Positions 1 to 8,121 of a DNA stretch of 64,000 nucleotides are shown here, piece after piece. The notes beneath the pieces were generated by a model that was given only the letters and a program-made list of their open reading frames with translations, was not told the DNA's origin and searched no databases. The translations under genes and the position numbers were made by a program. The stretch lies in the IMG/VR virus record IMGVR_UViG_3300028654_000001, positions 372,001 to 436,000 of that record, one strand, 5' to 3'. Each line of letters starts with the position of its first letter. Within the stretch, counting starts at the first letter, position 1.

Positions 1-1385
1 GCAACAATGGCTAACCTCTTAACCTTTGGCTGTAGCCCAGCCAACAGGAGAGCCGGGTACTGAGTAGAACCCTCACCAGCCTCTTTGAGACTGAAAGCAC
101 TCTTCTGAGCCTCACCTAGCGCAGCTAAAACCTCATTGAATGCGTTACCTATGGCCACGATAGCGGGGTGTTCATCACCAGCAGTGATGAAGTCCTCTGC
201 AATGACTGAAGACTTTCTGAACCATAGGTGAGGGGCTAGGGTGTTGGCGGGAATTGACTTCTTCATATAACGAAGGATCTCTTCGTCATTCTTCACCTCA
301 GGTCGACTATCATCGACCACGATCTTGTCCCCTTCCCACTTAGCGAAGTTCTTGCCTCCCAGTCCATTCTTTTCGAGTTCCTTGCCATCAGTGGTGAGCA
401 TCCCACCATGAGCCGGTTTCCTCTCATAGAAGGCATCAACAACCTTCTTCTCGGCTGCAGTCAGGGCTGCGGTAACTTCTGTGGCGGCAAGTTTCACAAG
501 AGCATGAGACCTCTCGAGACCATCGGGCTCCTTGAGTCTTTCAACCAACTCAAATGGCCCCACCCCCTCCGCTTGAAGAATGATAGCGTCCTTCGGGTCA
601 TATCCCTTAGAGGCCAGCAAAGCTTGTAACTCTTGAAGCTCGGCCTCTCTGGGGTCATAAACTGGCTCTGTTGGCTCCCCAACCTCGCCCAACGCTAGCC
701 TCTCGGGATCCGCAATGAACGACTTTCCGGTATAAGGAGACTTCATAGAACCCTTCCTACGAAGAGCCATGTAGAATTTCTGCCCATCCGAGTCCGTGTA
801 CTGCCATATAACGTTGGTCTTGTTACCTTGAGCTCTAAGCTCTTTGGCAACCGCAGTGAGGTTAACTCGAACTGGATGGCCAGGGAAGGTACTCCCGCTA
901 AAGGGATCTCGCATCATACCAGCCCTCTTCTCAGGAAGATAGAAAGTTACCCCATCGTCCCCCACATACTTCCACAAGACCGTGGAAGCTGCAGCTGTCT
1001 TCTCAGCTTTGTTGATCTCCCCAAAGTTCATCTTCTCACCCTTTGGGGTAAAGCTTCTTCCTGTGTAGGGAGACTTCAACGTTCCGGTGACCCGCTCCGG
1101 AAGGTAGAAGGTGGATCCGTCACCATCGGTATACTTCCAGAGAGCCCCCTTGACCTTGGCCTCATCCTCCTTGAGTTCCTTGCCAACATCCGAGAGGGAA
1201 GATCTTTCAGGATTAGCTGTAAAGGACTTACCAGTGTGCGGGGACTTTAACGTTCCAACTTTCTTCTCTGAGAGGTAGAAGTCCTTGCCCTCCTCGTCTG
1301 TGTACTTCCAGAGCACTGTAGCCGCGATCTTACTTTGAATGGAAGCCGCTCGTGCTAAAAGTGCCTGCTTGGGATCAGTCGTCAT
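1..1385 (-). CDS. Hypothetical protein (runs off the left edge, >460 aa) with four copies of a ~38-aa W-K-Y-T-D..FY..K-S-P-Y-T-G-K-S-F module; probable head/internal protein
   Basis: Absent from the ORF track. Manual translation from ATG at 1385 (MTDPKQALLARAASIQSKIAATVLWKYTDEEGKDFYL...) stays open to base 1. Confidence 0.8.
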   Translation of the reverse strand, partial: MTTDPKQALLARAASIQSKIAATVLWKYTDEEGKDFYLSEKKVGTLKSPHTGKSFTANPERSSLSDVGKELKEDEAKVKGALWKYTDGDGSTFYLPERVTGTLKSPYTGRSFTPKGEKMNFGEINKAEKTAAASTVLWKYVGDDGVTFYLPEKRAGMMRDPFSGSTFPGHPVRVNLTAVAKELRAQGNKTNVIWQYTDSDGQKFYMALRRKGSMKSPYTGKSFIADPERLALGEVGEPTEPVYDPREAELQELQALLASKGYDPKDAIILQAEGVGPFELVERLKEPDGLERSHALVKLAATEVTAALTAAEKKVVDAFYERKPAHGGMLTTDGKELEKNGLGGKNFAKWEGDKIVVDDSRPEVKNDEEILRYMKKSIPANTLAPHLWFRKSSVIAEDFITAGDEHPAIVAIGNAFNEVLAALGEAQKSAFSLKEAGEGSTQYPALLLAGLQPKVKRLAIV

Positions 1386-1426
1386 GGATATCTAGCCTCT
1401 CCGTAACTGGGAAGATTGAAAGAACT

Positions 1427-2089
1427 TTAACCACCCTGCTTCCGAAATTTCCTTAGGGCCTGACTAGCCTTCTCAACATCAACACCATCGGTATGTATGA
1501 CTTTAGGGGTGATACTACCTGGGATGCTCCGCGCATCTGGCAACGTAGGTATGTAGTAAGGGGTTTTCTCTTCAGTATTAGGCTCAGAATAACCACTTAG
1601 GTTTGGTTGAGCTTGAGAAACAATCTGAACCGTGGAAGAGGAAAGATTATCCAACTTTTCCAAAATGGTTTTCAACTTGTCGTCTTCAGTAGACTTTCTA
1701 TCACCCTCAGCTCTCAATCTAGCATTTTCAGCCTCCAACCTTCCAACCCTCTCCAAGAGTTCCAGCTGAGCTCTCTCTGATTCTTCCTGTACTTTTGAGA
1801 GTTCTGATTGTAGGTTGGTATTAGAGATAGGGGGCGCCACCAGTGGCTGGGGCTCAATGACAGAAGGCTGAGTTGACTTAGGTGCTACCTGTTGTTGAGG
1901 AGTACTTGGTCTATTATGCCAGAAGATCTTGCCACAACTTATGTGATCCCATAGCTCTCTAGACTTTAGAGCTAGTTCACCAGGTATCGACGTAACTTTA
2001 CCGTGAGGTACGTTGAAGCTTATGTCGGTAACCACCACCATACTGGTGATACCGCTGACTATTACTACATCTCCTGGATTCATCTTCAT
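1427..2089 (-). CDS. Hypothetical protein with central coiled coil
   Basis: 220-aa ORF co-oriented with and abutting its neighbours; heptad-like ELLERVGRLEAENARLRAE segment. Confidence 0.7.
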   Translation of the reverse strand: MKMNPGDVVIVSGITSMVVVTDISFNVPHGKVTSIPGELALKSRELWDHISCGKIFWHNRPSTPQQQVAPKSTQPSVIEPQPLVAPPISNTNLQSELSKVQEESERAQLELLERVGRLEAENARLRAEGDRKSTEDDKLKTILEKLDNLSSSTVQIVSQAQPNLSGYSEPNTEEKTPYYIPTLPDARSIPGSITPKVIHTDGVDVEKASQALRKFRKQGG

Positions 2090-2100
2090 AATCTCTCTGG

Positions 2101-2592
2101 TTATCTCTTGGCGGATGCTGCAACACCAGCAGCCATCTTTCTTACTTCAAGTACAATAGCCTTCCGAATCTGTACTATTGCTTCCTTCTTGGCCTTCTCA
2201 ACAAAGTCGTAAGACTCTCGACCCGGGTGGATCCACTTGCCATCCTTCATTGACTTGATAGTGGCACTCCGGAAAATCAGTTCACCTGTCTCGGTGATAA
2301 TTGGGATCGGAACTCGAGACTTAGTCAGCCACCTCATTTGACCCTTCCGTTGACCCCTCATTAGATGAATGAAGGCAGGGTGGGTCGAGTAAAACGTAAG
2401 AGACGATGGGCCTTGCTTTACCTGAAGTGACTTTGATAAAGCCTTCTTTGCCCTATCAGAAAAGGTAGACTGAACGAGCTTCAGCCTCAATCTGGTGAGA
2501 ACACTGAACTTTACACGGTTGAGCGCCTTGTCTGGACTGGTCTCTACCTCCTTGAGGAAAGGCTTACCGTAGATAGTTGCAAGACGGTCCAT
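2101..2592 (-). CDS. Hypothetical basic protein (neck module, possibly tail-completion-like)
   Basis: 163-aa ORF in operon context; function inferred from position only. Confidence 0.6.
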   Translation of the reverse strand: MDRLATIYGKPFLKEVETSPDKALNRVKFSVLTRLRLKLVQSTFSDRAKKALSKSLQVKQGPSSLTFYSTHPAFIHLMRGQRKGQMRWLTKSRVPIPIITETGELIFRSATIKSMKDGKWIHPGRESYDFVEKAKKEAIVQIRKAIVLEVRKMAAGVAASAKR

Positions 2593-2600
2593 AGATCGAC

Positions 2601-3950
2601 TCAGTAATTAGAGTTCTCCCAAGCCTTTGTTCTACCCCTCAACTGTCTCTCTTCTGGGATGTTGGGTTTGTCCATAATCTCAGTTGGAGATCCGAACTCA
2701 GGTCCTTGAGGTCTGAATTGAACAGCCACAAACTTGATTGGGTTTGCAACAGGTACCTTGTATCGAATATCCTTCTCGTCGAAGCACCCAATGGTAAAAT
2801 GTTGCTGGAGCAGCATCCCTCGATTGGTGGGCATCCGCACCGGGCCGATACTGTAGCGATCCCCATTGATCTTGAGTAAAAAGTCCCTGTGACTCAGGAT
2901 TGGTTGTGGACCAGTCCACACTTCATAGGAGTGTTCGACTGTCCTGCCAATATCCCTCTGGGCAATCTTCACATCGGCATCATCCGGAGCAATGATGATC
3001 TCGTAGGGACCCTCATAACCCCCAAGGACCCCAGTTCCAAAACAGAAGGTGCAGTCCGAAATGGGTTGTTTATGGGTTTGGTCATAACACAGACACGGGA
3101 GACCGACTACTTTTCGTAAATAAGCTCGAACCCGTTCACCACCCTGTTCAAGAATCCACCTGTTTCTCCTGATCGCCTCCCTCCAATAATTGTCTAACTT
3201 CTCGATCTCAAAGTTATTGGTGGCTGATGCACTCTCAAGAGGAGTCTCAATGAGGTTATCAGGATTAGTCTCATCCCAAGTGTGGCTTGCTGGGATCCCA
3301 ACAGTTGTAACCCTATAGAAGATTCGTTGTTTTAGGTCAGTCTTGAGTAGATCCCTCTTAAATCGATAGGCACAAGTAACACGACTAGTACTTGTAGGAA
3401 CTACAGGAAGAATCCTCTGCTGGTGAGCGGTGTCCGTATAGATGTTGGCATCAATCTCAACCTCCCCCGTCTGCCCATTTACAGCCAAGACCCTCACCTG
3501 AACCCCATCGACGAATACCATTACATCTTGAGTATTCTTTGTCGGAACCCCTCGAGAGGCTTCACCAACAATCGGATAGTTCAAAGTCTTGAAGACGTAC
3601 CGAGGACCATCCATGCCCGTACTGGCCTCACCGAAGAGGATAAACTGACGAGTTACATCCTCTTCCGGTACGAGCTCGTTGTCAGTCTGATCCCTCCAAA
3701 ACTTAGCCCCTACTGGAAGATCAGTAATTCGATGATAGGGCCCGAATTCAGAGTCAAAGCTACGATAAACGTTGACCCCGAGAATCTTAAACCGACTATT
3801 CAGAGTCAGATAGGCAGGGTCATCCCAAAGAAGATCAATAACTCCAACCTCCCCACCTCTCATGAACAGATTCAGAGGTGGGGCCGGCCACGGAAGCTTG
3901 TTCAACTCAACAAGCTGTGGATTCCTATCTCGGTTGCTTACGTCCGCCAT
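2601..3950 (-). CDS. Putative head-closure (stopper/neck) protein with CxC...CxxCxGTG zinc motif
   Basis: LPCLCYD...SDCTFCFGTGVLGGY resembles the Zn motif of large-myophage neck proteins; lies downstream of the adaptor-like gene. Confidence 0.55.
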   Translation of the reverse strand: MADVSNRDRNPQLVELNKLPWPAPPLNLFMRGGEVGVIDLLWDDPAYLTLNSRFKILGVNVYRSFDSEFGPYHRITDLPVGAKFWRDQTDNELVPEEDVTRQFILFGEASTGMDGPRYVFKTLNYPIVGEASRGVPTKNTQDVMVFVDGVQVRVLAVNGQTGEVEIDANIYTDTAHQQRILPVVPTSTSRVTCAYRFKRDLLKTDLKQRIFYRVTTVGIPASHTWDETNPDNLIETPLESASATNNFEIEKLDNYWREAIRRNRWILEQGGERVRAYLRKVVGLPCLCYDQTHKQPISDCTFCFGTGVLGGYEGPYEIIIAPDDADVKIAQRDIGRTVEHSYEVWTGPQPILSHRDFLLKINGDRYSIGPVRMPTNRGMLLQQHFTIGCFDEKDIRYKVPVANPIKFVAVQFRPQGPEFGSPTEIMDKPNIPEERQLRGRTKAWENSNY

Positions 3951-4017
3951 GGCTGGTCCTCACAAGAGGAGCCTAATAAAGGGAAAAACCCTTTATACGG
4001 ACACACTCAGAATGGGA

Positions 4018-4407
4018 TCAGTTGCCAGGGGCCCCCTTGGCTGCTTGAGCCTGATTAGACGCAAGCTGAGCTTGAAGAGCTGCTTGAGCTTGAGATGCTG
4101 CTTGTTGATTGAAGGCCTCCATGGCCTCTTCAACTGGCTTCACAGCCCCAGTCTTCGCATCAATCTCTACAGGGTAGTTAGTTGGAAGACCCCGAGATAT
4201 AAGGACACCCTCGAACAACCTCTGGCGCTCAGCCTCAATATTGGAAGCTGCTCGCATGAGACGAATCTTGTCCTGTTCCAAACTCAGGAGGCTGTCAGCA
4301 ACTTGAAGTCTTGAGGACTGAAGTTGTTGAAACTTCCTGAGTGTCTCCGCGTCAACTGGATCTGCTATGGTTAATTTTGGCTGATTTGATTCGGTCTGAT
4401 CACTCAT
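4018..4407 (-). CDS. Hypothetical coiled-coil protein
   Basis: 129-aa ORF preceded by a TTTTAT-type motif at about 4455-4468. Confidence 0.7.
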   Translation of the reverse strand: MSDQTESNQPKLTIADPVDAETLRKFQQLQSSRLQVADSLLSLEQDKIRLMRAASNIEAERQRLFEGVLISRGLPTNYPVEIDAKTGAVKPVEEAMEAFNQQAASQAQAALQAQLASNQAQAAKGAPGN

Positions 4408-4464
4408 TTGAGCTGTCTCCGTGAAATGGGGAGTACGCGTACTAAGCTATCGGTGATAAAAGGA

Positions 4465-4680
4465 TCAATCAGGGCAGCCAGCACAGCCCCTTCGAATAAC
4501 GTAGGAGAGTGATGGGCCACTATCAGGTATCAAGTTGAGTGTCCCATGAGAGAAGTTCGCCTTGATGATCTTAGCCCCTCTTCTATCAAGTATGGCCGTA
4601 CCCTCATTGATAGCCGTAAAGCACCGACCCATGTCCTCAGGAGACATGACATCATTACACTCGAAAGGAACCCCGAACAC
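4465..4680 (-). CDS. Small hypothetical protein (start uncertain)
   Basis: 71-aa ORF filling the gap on the coding strand. Confidence 0.35.
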   Translation of the reverse strand: MFGVPFECNDVMSPEDMGRCFTAINEGTAILDRRGAKIIKANFSHGTLNLIPDSGPSLSYVIRRGCAGCPD

Positions 4681-4842
4681 CTAGGTGGATACACCGAGGA
4701 AGGCTTTGATTCTCGCTTGAGTCTCAACAGGGGCCTTCTTCACCTCTGATTCCCATACCACTAAGCACTCAATTCCAATCTCTGCAAAGGCAACTACCAA
4801 CTCAGACTCATGCTCGAAGTTAGCCAGAAAACCGCCGCTAAC
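4681..4842 (-). pseudogene. Orphan C-terminal fragment of a Vsr/DUF559-like homing endonuclease
   Basis: Start-less frame translates to ...FEHESELVVAFAEIGIECLVVWESEVKKAPVETQARIKAFLGVST*, matching the LVxWExE C-terminal strand/helix of Vsr-like nucleases. Confidence 0.5.
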
Positions 4843-5470
4843 TCACCCCCAGGAATTTTGCCGGGGCGAGCACCCCTCTACCGACGTACGGGCCGAAACT
4901 AGACCGGATGCCCGACCCGTAGCGAGGTTGCTGCAAGCCTCGGATGATCTTCACAGTAGCCTTGGCTCTTTCAAGCTGGGCGGTGAATTGATCGATCAAG
5001 CTCTGTTTCATATCACTGTACTTAGCAGACTTCTCAAGATCCAAAGAAACACCTCCAATCGAGTAGCTATTGTGGGCCAAGATCCCATTCGCCAGTACGA
5101 AGTTCTCAGGACCGGGAACAGATAAATCATACATAAAAGGTCTAGAGAGCGCCTCTCTAACCCCAAGAATTAGCTCTTTACCTAGGAGGTCTCCTTGAAC
5201 CACAGCTATGGGTTCACGATCTTCAAACTTATTTGAGGGCTTTGCTACAGGGAGGAGACCCCTCATTGAAAACAAACTATGGTCTGTTGTAACAATAACC
5301 TGTCTTCCATCCAGTAAGGTAACTTGAACGCAATCTTTCTCACTAGAGGGATGCTTAAGGATTGCAGTAACCTTTGACTTAGTAACACGCCCAGTAGGGG
5401 TAACTGATCTAACCCGCAGTAGACCAGCCTGAAAAGCACTCTTGATTGCGGACCTAACTTCCGGTTTCAT
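4838..5470 (-). CDS. Split-intein C-precursor: IntC (~134 aa) plus 76-aa C-extein of a neck/adaptor protein
   Basis: Block B IVTTDHSLF; blocks F/G MYDLSVPGPENFVLANGILAHN|S; no block A. Likely start is ATG at 5470 after GAGGTG (ORF track starts at 5476). Confidence 0.9.
   Translation of the reverse strand: MKPEVRSAIKSAFQAGLLRVRSVTPTGRVTKSKVTAILKHPSSEKDCVQVTLLDGRQVIVTTDHSLFSMRGLLPVAKPSNKFEDREPIAVVQGDLLGKELILGVREALSRPFMYDLSVPGPENFVLANGILAHNSYSIGGVSLDLEKSAKYSDMKQSLIDQFTAQLERAKATVKIIRGLQQPRYGSGIRSSFGPYVGRGVLAPAKFLGVS
5069..5470 (-). mobile_element. C-terminal half of split intein (IntC)
   Basis: TxxH and terminal His-Asn (AAT at 5071-5069), followed by Ser+1. Confidence 0.9.
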
Positions 5471-6434
5471 AGACACCTCGCAAGGTCACAAGAAGGTCTC
5501 TGACCCTATCAACCCAAACAGAAAAGTCACCTGAATCATGCTCAGGAACCCTAAGAAGAGTCCAACCATGGTTCAGTAGATAGGTGGTCTTTCGTTTGTC
5601 CAACTTTGCAATATCAGGATTAGCTGTAAGACCGCAGATAGAACACCCATGCCAGTAACAACCATCAACCTCTATAGCCAGCTTTAGTTCAGAGAATGCT
5701 TCGTCAATATGGTAATAACCCACTCTGAACTCTCGTTGAAACCCATGAACACCAGCTTCAACTAAAGCCGCTTCAAACCTCTGATGGAGTTTAGAGAAAG
5801 TTCTCCTGATAAACCCACGAGCCTTAGCAGCAGATTCCCGTATCTCACCCCGGTGCTCTTTTTGATATAAGGCCTGCTTAGCTACAAAATCAGGATCTTT
5901 CCAGAGCTTAGCACTTCGCTCTCCTACTCTCATACGTGCCTCAGGGGTTTTATTATACTGAGTCAAATGAAGGGTAGCCCTTTCACGATAACCTGAGTCT
6001 TGCATCCGACGAGAAGCTTCAGCTATCTGATTCCGCGTCTTTTTCCCCTCAGGCGTTTGAAACCTAAGTTTAAGAGTTTCAGCTTGCGCTATCTTCTGAG
6101 CTTCAGTCTTCTTTTTTTTAGCACGAGTAACTGATGAAGTTAGAGCAGCATTTGGCCACTTTTCCTGGTATTGGCTGAGTGTCAAACCGGAACAGGACTT
6201 TAGATGCTTAGTAGAGATACTTGCTTGTTTTCCTCTACACTCAAGGCAAGTAACGAAGTGCTCACCTTCTATAAGATTACTTAGACTACTCTCTACAATT
6301 GCTGACCCGACAGAACCAGAGCTAACTAATACCCCAGCCGATACTAGGTTGATCAATGCACGTTGATTCATTCCAAACTGAGTAGTTACACTCAATCTTG
6401 ACCTACAACCGATTGGAACCCTAAAACCAGCCAT
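5454..6434 (-). CDS. Free-standing Vsr/DUF559-type homing endonuclease with N-terminal Zn finger and NUMOD-like helical region
   Basis: CLECRGKQASISTKHLKSCSGLTLSQY (Zn finger); FQREFRVGYYHIDEAF..LAIEVDGCYWHG..DKRKTTYLLNHGWTLLRVPEHD (DUF559/Vsr core). Confidence 0.85.
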   Translation of the reverse strand: MAGFRVPIGCRSRLSVTTQFGMNQRALINLVSAGVLVSSGSVGSAIVESSLSNLIEGEHFVTCLECRGKQASISTKHLKSCSGLTLSQYQEKWPNAALTSSVTRAKKKKTEAQKIAQAETLKLRFQTPEGKKTRNQIAEASRRMQDSGYRERATLHLTQYNKTPEARMRVGERSAKLWKDPDFVAKQALYQKEHRGEIRESAAKARGFIRRTFSKLHQRFEAALVEAGVHGFQREFRVGYYHIDEAFSELKLAIEVDGCYWHGCSICGLTANPDIAKLDKRKTTYLLNHGWTLLRVPEHDSGDFSVWVDRVRDLLVTLRGVYETGS

Positions 6435-7196
6435 TTAAGAACCATAACATATATCGTACAGGTCCGCTATAGTTACATCGACTTCTTGACCCTCAGGTAA
6501 GATTACACGAACCTCAGTCTCAGGAGCAATCGAGAACTCATCCGCGATCCAATTACTTTGAAGCATTTGAACAGCAAAAGACATGGCGGCAGTGAGAAGT
6601 AAGGTCTTCCACTCACTCTTCATCTGGACCATGTGGTCGACATCTTGGAAGAACGTCCTCGGTGGGGCGGCAATGATCATGTCTAGACCTTCGTCTAGAC
6701 ATTCGATGAGCTCCTCATCTTCCCAGATGTACCCGAATACACGACTGAACTGGTCAACAGTTTGCTCGTGGGCTGGGGGCCTAAATTTGTAGTTCTTGTC
6801 GGGATTGTTGTCTCGGGTGAGGATCCTCATTCTCCTTACCAACTCCATCTGTATCGCAGTATGACAGCTAGGGGTACTCGACTCTCTATCAGCAACATTG
6901 AACTCCTGTAGAGCCGTCTGAATAGGTCCACCCACCATTTCTCGGATAGTCCACCTAACTCGATAGTCTCCAAGGTTGGCATCCAGAGGTACCACAATGT
7001 TGGCAAAGTACTCGCCAACTGAAGCATTCACTGGAATCCGTCGTAGAGGGCCTACTAGAACCTCGAGGCCGGTTGTATTGTCATAGACGGCATAGTTGAT
7101 CTCAGCTGCATTGATCGGATGCCCTGAGGCGTTGGTAAGAAATACATTCAGGTCATTCCTACCTAGTTGTTGCCCGCGATAGAATAGAGTTCCCAT
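6435..7196 (-). CDS. Split-intein N-precursor: 221-aa N-extein of putative head-tail adaptor/neck protein plus 32-aa IntN
   Basis: ORF ends ...WIADEF|SIAPETEVRVILPEGQEVDVTIADLYDICYGS*, which is intein block A. The N-extein has an Ig-like domain and a helical adaptor-like WEDEEL..PPRT region. Confidence 0.85.
   Translation of the reverse strand: MGTLFYRGQQLGRNDLNVFLTNASGHPINAAEINYAVYDNTTGLEVLVGPLRRIPVNASVGEYFANIVVPLDANLGDYRVRWTIREMVGGPIQTALQEFNVADRESSTPSCHTAIQMELVRRMRILTRDNNPDKNYKFRPPAHEQTVDQFSRVFGYIWEDEELIECLDEGLDMIIAAPPRTFFQDVDHMVQMKSEWKTLLLTAAMSFAVQMLQSNWIADEFSIAPETEVRVILPEGQEVDVTIADLYDICYGS
6438..6533 (-). mobile_element. N-terminal half of split intein (IntN, 32 aa, Ser1)
   Basis: S-I-A-P-E-T-E-V-R-V...VTIADLY fits the block A pattern; Ser codon TCG at 6533-6531. 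Confidence 0.8.
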
Positions 7197-7199
7197 GGT

Positions 7200-7667
7200 C
7201 TAAAACCTTCTCCCGCCACAACAGTGATACCCAGGCCCCCACTCCCGCTCGAGCCACTCCCGTTCCCCATGGTGATGCCCATCTGGTCTACAAGGGTTGT
7301 GGTGGAACTCAGCTGGACTGAATACCTCGAACCCAAATCGATCTTCTTGCAGTGGGCCCTCGAAGTACTCCTGAAACACCCATTCTACATACCACTGACC
7401 AGACTGCCCACCCTCACCAGCATACCCAGTAGCGTAGTACTCACCTATATCAGCTTGAACAGGCATCCTATGGCATGGAAATACCTTGATTAAGTGACTG
7501 CAATGAGGGCCATGATGTTCCCGAGGCTTAGGGTGATACAGCAAAGTATACTTGATGCTGTAAGGGCTAAAAGGAGACCCAGCCCCATCAACAATGTAGA
7601 TCGGTAGATCACCACGTTGAAATAGATGGCCACACTTGAACACACCAGGGCTTGATTTAACAATCAC
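7200..7667 (-). CDS. Virion Ig-like protein, paralog of the N-terminal domain of the neck protein
   Basis: FQRGDLPIYI..RMPVQADIGEYYA..GQWYVEW aligns with LGRNDLNVFL..RIPVNASVGEYFA..GDYRVRW; His/Trp-rich tail. Confidence 0.65.
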   Translation of the reverse strand: MIVKSSPGVFKCGHLFQRGDLPIYIVDGAGSPFSPYSIKYTLLYHPKPREHHGPHCSHLIKVFPCHRMPVQADIGEYYATGYAGEGGQSGQWYVEWVFQEYFEGPLQEDRFGFEVFSPAEFHHNPCRPDGHHHGEREWLEREWGPGYHCCGGRRF

Positions 7668-7672
7668 TTGTC

Positions 7673-8071
7673 TTACCCTCCAGCACCCACAAATGAAACC
7701 TTCAAACCGCCGCCTGGTGGGACTACTCCAGTACCAGATTCAACATCGTAGTCTTGAGCAAGAATCTGAGATCCATCCGGGTATATGAGAAGAATCCTCC
7801 AATAGCCAATTGCATTGGGTCTCCACCTCACCCCATAGGATCCACCAGAGAGATTATCCAAGTAGACGTTACCAGAGGCTACTTGACCCTCGGTCACATC
7901 TGTTCCAGATACCAGCAACCAAGTCTGAGGTATATTGTCGTAATATACCTGCAGAACAAGTTGGGAAGTGGTCAAATCCGATACACGTGAGTAACCATCC
8001 AAACCAAAGAAATCGGCTTGGTCGTAAACGACCAAGTTGTTGAATACAAGCCGGCCTCTCGTGGTAGGCAT
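7673..8071 (-). CDS. Hypothetical virion protein (beta-rich), paralog of the 8122-8721 C-terminal domain
   Basis: WLLVSG..GSYGVRWRPNAIGYWRILLIY..YDV matches WPLVSG..GFYNIRFFPSVLGLWRLIITY..YDV. Confidence 0.7.
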   Translation of the reverse strand: MPTTRGRLVFNNLVVYDQADFFGLDGYSRVSDLTTSQLVLQVYYDNIPQTWLLVSGTDVTEGQVASGNVYLDNLSGGSYGVRWRPNAIGYWRILLIYPDGSQILAQDYDVESGTGVVPPGGGLKVSFVGAGG

Positions 8072-8121
8072 CTCACCCTACTCTTTCAAAAAAAAGTTTC
8101 GCGAAGAGGGTCAGAGATCAG

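Noticed and set aside
3423-4314. Plus-strand ORFs of 211 and 150 aa
   Set aside because: Overlap better-supported minus-strand genes in an operon; no motifs.
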